IMG/VR virus record: IMGVR_UViG_3300030333_002778
Location: 1 to 64,000 of that record
From: a virus
Direction: 5' to 3' (one strand)
DNA length: 64,000 nt
The stretch's first letter is position 1, and each line of letters starts with the position of its first letter. Shown here in pieces: positions 35,443 to 47,300 of this stretch. The position numbers and the translations under genes are program-made. Below the pieces are notes generated by a model, which ran no database searches, was not told where the DNA came from, and worked only from the letters and a program-made list of their open reading frames with translations.

Positions 35443-37895
35443 AAGAATTTATTGGAAAAGCTAAATCTAATAAATTCAAGATTGGTGATGATTCTGTAGG
35501 AATAATCATCGACTCTTTAATTAATTTATATTCTGATCCTATTGGTTCTATTGTAAGAGAGGTAACATCTAATTGTTATGATGCTCATAGAGAAAAACGT
35601 CTTAAAAGAAAAGGAGTAATTCCTATGACTTCTGAAGACAAACTTCAATATTGGCATAAAGAAGATAAAAACCCTCAAATAGAATTTCAAGATGAGAATA
35701 TATTATTAGGTATTGGTAATGCAATGATATTTAGAGATTTTGGCGTTGGATTAAGTCAATATAGAGTAGAAACTATCTATACTATGTTTGGTAATTCAAC
35801 TAAAAGAGATAACAATCTACAAATTGGTGGATTTGGAATTGGTGCTAAATCTCCATTTGCATATACTGATACTTTTTATATTATAGCAAATCATAATGGT
35901 ATAAAATATTCATATATGTTATACAAAGGTAACGATGCATTTCATATGGATATGATAAAGAAAGTACCAACATCAGATTTAAATTCAACTGAAGTTATTA
36001 TACCTATAAAAGAACATTCAGATCTCAGAACATTTAGAAAATCTATAGAACAACAACTATTATATTTTGAAAATATTAGATATATAAATGTCGAAGAAGG
36101 TTTAGGAGCTAATATTAAATCTATAGCGTGTGATTATGAAGATGAAGATTTAGCTATTTCTTTAGATTTAAAATCTGCAAGTATAGATCAAGAACTTCAT
36201 TGTATGGTAGGTAGAGTCAGATATCCTTTAGATTTTAATTCTTTAGATAATATTTGGAAAGATAATTATAATAATAAAGAAAAAGATATTCCTGCTGCAA
36301 TTAAATTTGATATTGGTGAAATTGATTTGGTCCCTTCAAGGGAAAATATTCGATATACTGATAGAACTAAAGAAGCTATTAAAGCTAAGATTGAATCTGT
36401 TAGAAAAAGTTGTATATATGATTGTAATAGAGAATTAAATAATGCTACTGATTTTATACACTGGTTAGAAATGTCTACTTCTATTCTTAAAAGGGATACT
36501 TGGCGAAGAACTTATGATAGTGTTTTTGAAATAAGAGCTTCTTTAGCAGGATTGAAGAAAGACGATATTAAATTAAATTTAGTAGGTGAACTAAGTGTCA
36601 ATCCTTTATTAGATAAATCTGAAACTAAAATGTTTTCCGGCTTTACTTGTTATACTATTTCAAAAGAACCTAGTAAAAATCATGTAGGTGGTTATAGATT
36701 ACTTAAAAAAGTATCAGTTTTAAAAGATTTCTTAAATTATCCGGTTTATTATCAAGAACAAAATTATGAACCTGATGAAGAAGGGAATGTTAAGACAAAA
36801 ACTTTTAGAAAAGCTAAAGATATGGCTATTTTAAATTATGTTTTAGAATCTAATAAAAACTCTTTTATTCAATTAAGAAAGAATAGAATAGATGATAAAG
36901 TTATTGAATCTGAAAAAGAAATTGATCTTTGGAATAATAAACAAGAAGCCAGGGAACCAGAAGTAATTAAATCTGATTTTGAAATTATGTCTAAACTTAT
37001 AGATGGGTGTAAACATAGATTTAGAATGTATGATGATTTTAAACAAGAAGTATCAGATGATTTAGTTGGTGAATATGAATCCGATCAAGCAAGAAGAAAA
37101 AGATTGGGTAAAATATTTGGTAGAAAACTTTATTTAGGTCGTAATATGGACGAAGCTAAATTTGGTAATATAGAAACTGAAGTTACTGATCTAGGAGCTT
37201 ATAAGGATAAAGGTGGTATTGTAATATATGGTTTTTCAAAAGACAATGAGTTATTAAAACAGATAGGAGGTATTTGTAGACAAAATGGAATGAATGAACA
37301 TGCTCCTGAGTATGCTAATACTAACTTTAACTGGGCTCCAGCGGAAGAAAATAGGCAAAGTTATAGAGATTTTCATGAAGGAGTTGTTATTTTAAAAGTA
37401 GCAGCTAATCTTAAAGATCAATTAGCCGAATTTATAAATGTTAATGACTTGTTTAAAATGAAACACGATATAATAAAAAAATGGTATACTTCTCATCTTA
37501 TTATGGAAGATACCGAAAAGATTAATTTCTTTCAATTCTTTAGAACTTTAAATGAAGATTTGTTTTATAAATGGCGTAAACTTCACAGACTCCATGATAA
37601 AAACTATCGTAGATTTAGATATCTAAATGAATATCAGTCTGATGAATTACTTGATTTATGTAAATCAAATAATTTACAAGATGATAAAGCTTTAGAAACT
37701 CTAAAAGAATTAAAACAATATGCCGAAGGTTTAGATTTACTTAAATATATAGATATAATACAACCTACTCAAGAAGAAACGAGAATAGAAAATAAACAAT
37801 TATTTCTTGAGTTACGTAAGTATCTTAAATTTAAGAATAAAGCTACTTTAAAGTATAAAAAAATTAGAAAAAATAATAAAAAATTAGTAAATTAG
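35415..37895 (+). CDS. rIIA: rIIA-like protein with GHKL ATPase
   Basis: LYSDPIGSIVREVTSNCYDAH, RDFGVGLS, STKR, IGGFGIGAKSPFAY, LVPSRE. Confidence 0.88.
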   Translation: MEIRREQPVEEFIGKAKSNKFKIGDDSVGIIIDSLINLYSDPIGSIVREVTSNCYDAHREKRLKRKGVIPMTSEDKLQYWHKEDKNPQIEFQDENILLGIGNAMIFRDFGVGLSQYRVETIYTMFGNSTKRDNNLQIGGFGIGAKSPFAYTDTFYIIANHNGIKYSYMLYKGNDAFHMDMIKKVPTSDLNSTEVIIPIKEHSDLRTFRKSIEQQLLYFENIRYINVEEGLGANIKSIACDYEDEDLAISLDLKSASIDQELHCMVGRVRYPLDFNSLDNIWKDNYNNKEKDIPAAIKFDIGEIDLVPSRENIRYTDRTKEAIKAKIESVRKSCIYDCNRELNNATDFIHWLEMSTSILKRDTWRRTYDSVFEIRASLAGLKKDDIKLNLVGELSVNPLLDKSETKMFSGFTCYTISKEPSKNHVGGYRLLKKVSVLKDFLNYPVYYQEQNYEPDEEGNVKTKTFRKAKDMAILNYVLESNKNSFIQLRKNRIDDKVIESEKEIDLWNNKQEAREPEVIKSDFEIMSKLIDGCKHRFRMYDDFKQEVSDDLVGEYESDQARRKRLGKIFGRKLYLGRNMDEAKFGNIETEVTDLGAYKDKGGIVIYGFSKDNELLKQIGGICRQNGMNEHAPEYANTNFNWAPAEENRQSYRDFHEGVVILKVAANLKDQLAEFINVNDLFKMKHDIIKKWYTSHLIMEDTEKINFFQFFRTLNEDLFYKWRKLHRLHDKNYRRFRYLNEYQSDELLDLCKSNNLQDDKALETLKELKQYAEGLDLLKYIDIIQPTQEETRIENKQLFLELRKYLKFKNKATLKYKKIRKNNKKLVN

Positions 37896-37899
37896 TAAA

Positions 37900-38916
37900 A
37901 TGAAAAATACGTATTTAGTCTGTAAAGTCGATAAAGAAAATGTTCAGATCATTATCGATGGACTCCCTAAAACTCTTTCTAGAAAATATAAAGAAGCTGA
38001 CTCTGTAATTCAGTTAGCTAAAAACTTTAATAAATCTAGAGATGAGAATGAACGAAAAGCCATAATGGGCAAAGTTCAGGAATTGCTAACTCCTGGATAT
38101 CGAATTCAACATAAGACTGACGGTCGATTTGAATTTGACGGTGGTAGGAAAATGTATCTTAAAGGTACTACTGATCCTATACCAAATTTCTTAGCAAAAA
38201 AGTTAATGAAATGGATGGAGGAAGATATTCCTTTAACAGGTTTGATTAACTTTTGGAAGCATCTGTTATTAAATCCGGATAAAGCTGTTAGAAAGCAATT
38301 ATATAGCTTTCTAGAGCATAATGGCCATCCGATAACAGACAAAGGGTATTTTCTCGCATATAAAGCCTGTAAAGTCAAGAAAAAGTACGATAAAAAGACT
38401 GGGGAAGAAATTGTTCAGTTTCAGTACAATGAAGACACTGGTAAAAGAGAAGAGAAATATACTCAATCATTAACTTTTGCACCTTATCATAGTGGCGCTC
38501 ATGGAATGGTAATTAAAGTAGGTCAACCTATTGCAATGCCAAGAGAGGAGTGTGACTCTAATCCGGATCGAACATGTTCTGCAGGTCTTCACGTGGGATC
38601 TATGGAATATGTTCATGATTTTGGATATGGTGATGGTGTAATATTAGAAGTATTAGTTAGTCCACGTAATGTTGTAGCAGTACCGTCTGATTATGACAAT
38701 ACTAAAATGAGATGTTGTGAATATTTTCCTATCGCTATTAGTAATGGTGAAAATGAAGATGTTTATTTAGAATCTGATTATACTGGATTTGATCATGACT
38801 CTATGGTAAAAGACTTAGAAGCTTATGAGAAAGCTAAAAGAAAGCAAATAGCTGATCTTGAGAAAGAATTATCTCAAAGAGATCAGATTGCAGCTGAAAT
38901 TACTTCTAGTAATTAA
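37900..38916 (+). CDS. rIIB: rIIB-like protein
   Basis: FWKHLLLNP, ITDKGYFLAYK, CSAGLHVG, VSPRNVVAVP.DY...KMRCCEY. Confidence 0.88.
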   Translation: MKNTYLVCKVDKENVQIIIDGLPKTLSRKYKEADSVIQLAKNFNKSRDENERKAIMGKVQELLTPGYRIQHKTDGRFEFDGGRKMYLKGTTDPIPNFLAKKLMKWMEEDIPLTGLINFWKHLLLNPDKAVRKQLYSFLEHNGHPITDKGYFLAYKACKVKKKYDKKTGEEIVQFQYNEDTGKREEKYTQSLTFAPYHSGAHGMVIKVGQPIAMPREECDSNPDRTCSAGLHVGSMEYVHDFGYGDGVILEVLVSPRNVVAVPSDYDNTKMRCCEYFPIAISNGENEDVYLESDYTGFDHDSMVKDLEAYEKAKRKQIADLEKELSQRDQIAAEITSSN

Positions 38917-38922
38917 GTTAAC

Positions 38923-38958
38923 AGGGAGGGGGTCTTAACGGGCTCCCTATTTCCCTAA
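38923..38958 (+). terminator. Intergenic GC hairpin
   Basis: GGGAGGGGGTC-TTAACG-GGCTCCCTATTTCCC between rIIB and the next gene. Confidence 0.45.
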
Positions 38959-38969
38959 AATTTTATAAT

Positions 38970-39461
38970 ATGGATAAAGTACAAATCGTTATTCCTAAAT
39001 TTATTACACATATTGCTAAAACTAAAAATAAATATGTGAAAATAAACGGTCAAAAATTATTTACTGGAATGAATCATCATTTACGAGCTCTTGTAGTTCG
39101 TAGAATGCACACATATATTCAACAATATATACCATCTGTTTTAGAATTAGATGAATTATTACCTATGAAAGTAAAGTTGTATGTTTATACAGCTATTAAT
39201 CATGGTGATATTAGAATGTATAAAGGTGAATTAAGATGGCGTGAACCTAAAAAAGATTATATACCCCGATGGGATGTAGATAATCTATGGATTTGGATTA
39301 AATGTTTTCAAGATACGTTAGTAGAAATGGGTAAAATAGAAGATGATAATGTAACTCATATTCCAAATTCTGGTGAAATAGAGTTTATACCAGTTAAAGA
39401 TTTTAAAGATCGTAAATTAATTTTCGAATTAACAAAATATAAAAAAGCAAATGAAAATTGA
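38970..39461 (+). CDS. RusA-like Holliday junction resolvase
   Basis: WDVDNL...KCFQDTL...IEDDN catalytic Asp pattern. Confidence 0.78.
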   Translation: MDKVQIVIPKFITHIAKTKNKYVKINGQKLFTGMNHHLRALVVRRMHTYIQQYIPSVLELDELLPMKVKLYVYTAINHGDIRMYKGELRWREPKKDYIPRWDVDNLWIWIKCFQDTLVEMGKIEDDNVTHIPNSGEIEFIPVKDFKDRKLIFELTKYKKANEN

Positions 39462-40476
39462 TATAGATCATATAAGCCACTCTTCTTTGAGTGCGCTTAA
39501 TGTAAGCCCTCAATATTTTCTTAAATATAAAAGAAGAGAATTAAAGGAGGATACTAAAGCATTAGATTTAGGATCTGCTATTCATTGCTACGTTTTAGAA
39601 AACAATCATTTTCATGAACGTTATGCAGTAATGGATGTAGAACCTGTAGGAGGAATGATGGGAACATTTATAGAAACATATGCAGAAACTTCATTAACAG
39701 TTAATGAGTCTATGCCTGTGCAACTTAAAATAGATACCCATCAAACTCTTCAAGAATTAGCTTATGATAAAGCTGGTTTTAAAATACCTTTACAAACTGT
39801 ATTAAATAAATTTAATTTACCTGAAAATAAAAAGTATTTTGATTTCTTAGTACAAAATAAAGGAAAAACAGTTCTGTCTCAAAGTGATATGGATACTGTT
39901 TCAAAATGTGCGCTTTCTTTAAAAGCTCACAAACTTGCAAACTTTTTAACTACGCCTGAAAAGGCTGAGTTAGAAATTTCTTGGAAGCATGATGATATGA
40001 ATGTTAAATCTATTATTGATAATTTAATATTTGATTTAGATAATAAAACTATTTATCTTGTGGACCTAAAAACAACTTCAAAGTCAGTTTATAATTTTGA
40101 GAGAAGTTATTTCTCTTATGGATATTATAGACAAATGGCAATGTACAAGCTAGCAGTACATGCTTTTGTAAATGAATTTAAAGAAGCTATAAATGGTTCA
40201 GGTGGAGATGTCAGAGAATGGGATCTTCGCGATATGGATGTAAAAAGTTATATTGTGGTTGTACAAACAACCGGTCTAAATGAATGTGTTGTCTATGAGC
40301 CTTCTGCTTATGATATTACGTTAGGAGTAGAAGAAATCTCTAATTTAATTAGTAGATTAAAATGGCACATAGGCAATGACCAGTGGGAGTACCCAATGGA
40401 ATATTATGCTAATAATGGATCAACTAAATTGAAATTATCGAATGAGTATATCTCTAGAATTAAGGAAAATTCGTGA
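39451..40476 (+). CDS. PD-(D/E)xK exonuclease, RecE/ExoVIII-like
   Basis: ISHSSL, LGSAIH, KSIIDNL, VDLKTT, YGYYRQMAMY. Confidence 0.85.
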   Translation: MKIDIDHISHSSLSALNVSPQYFLKYKRRELKEDTKALDLGSAIHCYVLENNHFHERYAVMDVEPVGGMMGTFIETYAETSLTVNESMPVQLKIDTHQTLQELAYDKAGFKIPLQTVLNKFNLPENKKYFDFLVQNKGKTVLSQSDMDTVSKCALSLKAHKLANFLTTPEKAELEISWKHDDMNVKSIIDNLIFDLDNKTIYLVDLKTTSKSVYNFERSYFSYGYYRQMAMYKLAVHAFVNEFKEAINGSGGDVREWDLRDMDVKSYIVVVQTTGLNECVVYEPSAYDITLGVEEISNLISRLKWHIGNDQWEYPMEYYANNGSTKLKLSNEYISRIKENS

Positions 40477-41023
40477 AGAAGTAAAACCTAATAAAACTTT
40501 AGACTTCATATTTCCATTAATTGGATACAGTAAAGCGGAGTTAGCCCCATTACTTGTAAATGCATATCTAGGTGATGTGGATTTATATGATTGGGACTTA
40601 ACTTCGCCTGATGTATTTATATTAATGAGATACCGTGGAGATATGAATTGGATAAAATTAGAAAAAAGATTTGAAGAAGATAAGAACTTTAAAACTTCTT
40701 ATTCTCTTTATGATGGTAAATATGTAATGTTTGTATTTACTATTGATTCTAAATTTATTAATGATTTTAACAAAGTATTAGAAGGAAAATATTCAGAATT
40801 ATCCGATCCCGCTAAAATTCTTATAATGAGACACCGTTCTCCACGTAGCTCAATGTCTAAGATCCTGGTTAAGGATGAATCGCTAAAGGAATATTGGGAA
40901 AATAAAATCCAATCCCCTTTACCGAACAATTCAGAAGTTTGGCCTATTTTGGAAAGAAAGGATGAATTATTTGATAAGCGTGATTTCAAGAAATTAATGA
41001 ATGTAGTAGAGTTACCTGTGTAA
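40442..41023 (+). CDS. Conserved hypothetical protein
   Basis: 193 aa; FIFPL, NAYLGD, GKYSELS; last gene of the plus-strand module. Confidence 0.65.
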   Translation: MSISLELRKIREEVKPNKTLDFIFPLIGYSKAELAPLLVNAYLGDVDLYDWDLTSPDVFILMRYRGDMNWIKLEKRFEEDKNFKTSYSLYDGKYVMFVFTIDSKFINDFNKVLEGKYSELSDPAKILIMRHRSPRSSMSKILVKDESLKEYWENKIQSPLPNNSEVWPILERKDELFDKRDFKKLMNVVELPV

Positions 41024-41025
41024 CT

Positions 41026-41373
41026 CTACTCTTCATGTCCGGGATTTAATAGATATCTAATCAATTTCCCCCTTTTTTCAGAACGCGACTTATTCGCTTT
41101 TGTAATATTATCTTTTATTTGTTTAATATCCGCGCATATTTCATACTCTTCTGTGCTTTCAAAATAATCTAATAGAACATCAAATACTGATCTATCTTCA
41201 TATTCAGTTAAAAGCCAGAAAAAAGTATTAGGAAATATACTAAAGTCATAATTACTAAGTATTAATCTATAAGTATTAATCATAGATGATCTTTTAATTA
41301 TTTCTTTTTCTTTTTCACTAAATTCTTCTTCTTCTTCGAAATCATCGTTAAAATTATCAAAACTGTATTTCAT
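41026..41373 (-). CDS. Small protein with UVR-like motif
   Basis: LLDYFESTEEYEICADI; coupled to the RNAP gene. Confidence 0.6.
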   Translation of the reverse strand: MKYSFDNFNDDFEEEEEFSEKEKEIIKRSSMINTYRLILSNYDFSIFPNTFFWLLTEYEDRSVFDVLLDYFESTEEYEICADIKQIKDNITKANKSRSEKRGKLIRYLLNPGHEE

Positions 41374-44300
41374 TATTTAAGATCAAAGAATTTTATTTTA
41401 TCTCCAGGATGTGTATTCCATTCCTTAAATGGTAATATTCTCTTAAAGTATTTACTTATTTTAGCATCTCCTTTATCATAACCTCTAGTCTTTCTCTTAT
41501 ATCTTTCAAAATCTCCACCTGTTAATACAGATGTTAAATCTGATGTACCTTGAGAGAAGAATTTATATAATGCTTCTAGTCCAGACATACCTGCCATTGG
41601 TGTTCTTAATATATCAAAGAATGCAGTCGTAGGTAAGTAGAATAATAATTCTGATTCTACCCTTTTGATCGTATATAAAGCCTGCCATTCTGCTCTACTA
41701 AGCTCATCATCTTCTTTATCTCCTCTTATTCTTCCAGGTAATATTAATAACAACATTAAGAAAGCTATTTCTCCTAGCGCTCTTTTTAAATTAGCTTTTT
41801 GCCATGTAGGTAATTCTTTATAACGTTTACCAAATTCAAAATTAAGTTGTCTAGCTTCTTTAAACATAGTAACTATAAATTTAGCCGCGGTTACATAGTT
41901 TCCTTCTACTTCAGACATCAATCTTTCATTATAATCTGCTTTTTTATAAGGAGATTTAGCATCATAGATTACTTTTTCTATTCCTTCAAATCTTCTCATT
42001 GCTCCTGGTCTAAGCCATTTACGGAACTGCATAGCTGCTCTACCCATTGCATATTGTTGTAAAGCTGCTCTGTCTGATGAATTATAAATACCATGCATTC
42101 TTTGATAAACTGCTTTTACTCTTTCTATAAAATCAGTTTTATCTCTATGTGTAAATTGTTCTGCTACTTCAGGATTTAGTACTAATCTTTTATCTTTTAC
42201 TTTATATGCATCCCATAGATTAATATATTTACCACTAGATAACTTAAACTGCATATTCATCATTTGTGCAATAAATAATTGAGACTGTATTCTGTGCTCT
42301 CCAGCCGACATCATAAAATAAATAGCTCCTGGGTTTAAAGATCTAATAAAGAAATTTTTATGGTCTATTCTTTGTCCCGCTTCATTAAAATTGGATAAAA
42401 CATCAAAGTTTTCTAATAACATTCCTAATTTTGAAGTAGGTCTTCTTGATGCGACATCATTTATTATTCCAGGTAATGATAAATTGTATTTAGCAGTACT
42501 CTTTCCATAAGTTTTTAAATTTAGATATTGTCCTGCAAAAGCTTCTACCCAGTTTAATAACATACCAAACCCTGCATTAGATAAACCAACGTGTGGGTTT
42601 AATGCTAATACTCTTAATGCATTATAATTAATAGCAAGATCTACTAACTTAGTGTCTGTTATCTGTCTAGTTCCTCCGCCTAATGTTTTAATAGTCGAAC
42701 CTTTTTTCTTTTTCTTTTGATAAACAATCATATCTAAATAATCGTTAAATCTATCATAAGATCTTGAAATTTCACCTGAATAAGTTATTTCTTCTCCAGT
42801 TACCTTATCTACTATAGGCATTCCTTTACCGCTCAGTTTTCTTACTTGTCTGTGTTTTAATAATTCCTTAGTCATCTCTAACTCATTAATAATAGTTTGC
42901 ATATTATTATAGTTATTAGCCATTGTAAAGAATTGTCTTAATGAGCTTCCCAAGTCGTAAGATACTTCTTCTGGAGTAAGATCAAAATTCTCACCAGTTC
43001 CTATCTTCAAAGTATAATGTGTAGGGACATAACTTAAAGGCTCTCCTGTTTTTGAAACTATTTCACCATAAGATGTTTGATCATCCCCAACAGTAAAGTA
43101 ATCTATAAGTGTTTCTTTAGCTGTTCTTTTTAGTTTTTTATCAGACTCTAATAATAACTCTGCTTTTGAAGCTCTAATAGATGGTAAGAAAAATCCTGTT
43201 TCTTCAGTCCCTCTTCTATATTGCTGTTCTAATAATGTATTAGCATATTTAAAGTTCTCTATAAAATAATTATAGAATATTTTTCTTTGATCTCCTTCAG
43301 GTAATGCTTGTAATTTTTTATACTGCTCACTATATTCTATAGGATTATTTTTAAAGAAATTAGACCAAGTATCTTTACTAGATAAATTTGTGCCATTTTG
43401 TATACTATCTCTAACAAATTTTCTTTTCTTTTCATACCATTCGTATGTATGCTGATTAAGAATTCTTCCAGTTAACTTTCCATCTTTAGTTTTTTCAAGC
43501 ATAAAATCATAAAGCTCTCTAAAACTATTTGTTCCTACCCCTTTTGAAGTTTGAAATGCTTCTAACTTCTTAATACGTTCATACAATCCTATATCCTCTT
43601 TACCTGTCCCGTATAAAAACTTTTGTTCTTGTTCATGTGTTTTATATACTTGTTCTTTAACTAATTTATCAACAGCTGCTAATACTGAATCTTTAGAATC
43701 CCCCATAGCATCTAGCCATCTAGCTAATAAACTAATATCTCTTCCCGCTTTTACTAATTCATTTTGTATAAACTCTTCTTTATTTTCAATTCTAGGATCT
43801 GAAATATAATCAGATAAGAAATTTGCTAATAAAGGTCTTCCTAAAGCTTTATATAATTCATATACTTTTTGTCTTTTATAAATAGCAGGAGCTACAATTT
43901 CATTTATTTCTTGTTCGTAGCCTTCGTTAGCTAATAGCGGAGCAGCTAATGATATTTCATCTAACATATCATATGTCTGAACAAATTTTAATACTTTATT
44001 CAGCTCTGGTATATTAACAGAACTAGTTGTTTCAAGTTCTCTTAGTTTATTGTATGCTGCATCAATATCTGCATTAGCTCTTCTCATAAATAGAATAAGC
44101 CCTTCTTTTTCTCCGATCTCATCTAGCTTTCCAAGTAAATCTTTTAATCCTGTTACATATTCTTTTGCATCTTTTTGTCGTTGTAATGAAGCTATTTTCT
44201 TTTTAAGATTGTTCTTAGCTGTTTCAAATATTTGCGATATCCTATCAGTCTCTTTATTAGCTTCTGCTTGAGCTCTTTCATTATTTGGATTTAAAAAGTT

Positions 44301-47300
44301 AAACATGTTTTTTAATGTCTTGTTCTTTATAGGCTTAAGCTTTTTAAGTTTAGAAGCTACAGGACTAGCTGGATTTAATAAATCAACACTAGTCATAATT
44401 ACTTCTCCTGCTTTATTAATTGTAACATCAGCTTCTAAGCCTACTATATTCATTTCGTCTATTTTTATTCCTTTATTCTGAATAATATATCTATATAGCG
44501 AAAGTTGTAATCTATACTGATTAAGTAAGTTATTAGGAATTGTAGCTAAAGGGCCTGTAAAAGATGGTAATTGAGACTCTAATGTTAAGAATTTACCTTT
44601 CATTTTAGTTTTAAAGTCATGTATAATTCTTTTTCCTGTAGATGTAACCTCTATAATATCTACTTGACCTCCAATAATATCACTTTTATCTGCTACTTTT
44701 GTTTCCGTGTACAATCTACTTCCAGCTGTTATTTTAGATCTAACCCAAGCTCTTAGTTTAGGTAAGTTCTTATTAATAGCAGCTTTAGAACTAGTATCTA
44801 GATTTAAAGAATCTATTATTTGTTTATCCGTTAAGTTATTTACAATACCTTCCATGGTTTTGTGTAATTGCGTACCAACACCATCTTTTAAGAATTCCCA
44901 TAATTTTTCTACTTTTTCAGATGTATTAAAAGGATTACCTGCTCTTCTATTAGCAGCTGCTACTTTTTCAGCTATTTCTTTAGAAGCAAATGGTTTAGAG
45001 AAAGCTTCTATAAAAGAAGTCGTTCTATTTAATTTTATACCATCTAATTCATAGAAATTATTTTCAGTAGTAGGATCTTGAATCCTATTACTTTCATTAA
45101 TCATCTGTGAAAAGTTTTGTTTTTGATTGTTTAAAGCATAGTACTTTTCTACTCCTAAATTATCTATATTTAAACCGGTTATATCTCCATTTAATATACG
45201 AGAAGCCATAGGTCCAAATACATTATCTAATTGTTGTCTAAGCTCATCTTTTGCTTCTTGGTTTCTAGTAAATAATGCTTTTATTTGGTCCCATATTTTT
45301 CTTAACGTTCCTATGAATCCTTTGTATTTTTCTCTAACCTGCTGTTCATTTACTATATATTCAGCTAATATCTTACCTGCAGTTTCTTTTTGGAATTGAT
45401 AGTCTTCTGTATATAATTTTTCATAATCTTTTACGACTTGGCCGTATAAATCTGTTTTAGAAGCTAGTGCTAATAGTCTTTGAACTGTAGGCTTATCTTC
45501 TAATGCTTCTATAAAGAAGTGACTTAATTCCTCTGGTACAGTATATCTATCTCTATTCTGATCTAAATACATAATTCTATTAAGCATATCAGCTGCACCT
45601 ACTGCATCTACACCTAATTTTTTCTTAAGATTATTAATAGTTACTGCTTTAACTCCAAAATGTTTTTCAGCAAATCCTATTAAATAATTATCTAGATCTT
45701 TCAAAGCAGACTCTTTCATTTCTGGGCTTAATCTATATTCAAGTGTATTATTTCTACTTGTTATAGACCCTGAATCAAACATATTTGTTTGTGGTTGAGT
45801 ATTTTGCTCTGTTTTATTGGCAGGATGGATACTTTCGTATCTTTCTTGCGCATACATTTCTACAAATCTGTATCTTTCTCCTAAAGGAGGTATTTCTTGG
45901 TATATTGCACCATTTAAATTCCCTGAATTTGTTTCGCTAGCAGCTAAAAATTTATATAATCTCCATTTACCTGCATTATATGATCTAAAATAATGTACAA
46001 ATTCATTTGAATTTGGAACAGCACCTTCAATTATAAGATTTGGGTTTTGACTTTTATGTAAATAATGTTGATTAGCCTTTAAATTATGCGCTTTAATTAA
46101 TTGCGGAGTTCTATGAAGAACTTTTTTATCTGCTATTTTTAAGAATCCAGGATCTGTAAACATATTTCTAATAATCTGATGAGTAGCATTTAAGAAATAC
46201 TGATCATTCCACATTGAATTAGCCTCTGTTCTAAAGTAATTAGTCAATCCTGAAGATTTCCAATAGGATACTGGAACAAGATCTACAAAAGAATTAGGTC
46301 CTTTCATTAATCCTGAAGTAACAATAGAATACGATATTAAAGATTTAGCTAAATTTGCTACATCTTCTCTAGGGTCTAATAATAATTCGGCCCATCTATC
46401 TGTTATCTCTGATCTTTCTGATGGGTCTAGTTTAACACTATTATTAAATGCTATTAATTGTATAAATTTATCAGAACTTAAGTTATCAGGATGTGCATAT
46501 AATAAGCCTAAGAATGGGTCATTAAATAAGTCGTGTTTCTTTTTAATTTTAGCTAACCTAGAAGCTAATGATTTTTGGTATTTGAATAATACGTTTTCAA
46601 GACTTTTTGTTCTAACTTCTCCTGATTTAGTATAAAATAATCCTCTCATAGGAGAATCAGGTTTAATTACAGAGAAATATAAACCTAAACTATTAATAGT
46701 ATCTATATTTTGTGGTGATAATATACCATCTTCTTGACCTGTTAATTGTGCTATATTTCTTTTTAATTCTATAAACCCATTTTTATTAAATGGAATAAAG
46801 AAACTTGTAAATTCATTAGCGGATTCTATACCATATGTTATGTAAGACTGTACTCTCTTAGGTATTTTAGTAATTTCTATAGCAGATTTACTACTTTGTA
46901 TATAATCTACATTATCCATAAATTGTTCTAGGTAACTTAATCTACTAAATCGTTTTATACCATCTGGTGATAAATATCTATTACTTTTTGAAACATCTTT
47001 TGCTACTTTTAAGTATCTCATAAAGTCACTTAAAATTTGTATTTGTTTTTTAAGATCTGCTTCATTTGAAAGATCTGCTTGTAAACCTGTATCATTTAAA
47101 TAAGATGCAGTAGGAGTAAATTCTATTAGATTTTTTCTATTTATATTATTATAATAATCTAGTTGGCCTAATTGTTCTGCAGTAGTTCTAGCAATTTGAG
47201 CATGATTAGTAAAAGCAGGCGCATTTTTTACATTTTGTTCTAATTTTCTTATAATAGGCTGATTTATAAAATCTAATGCAGTTTCAACATTAAATCCAGC

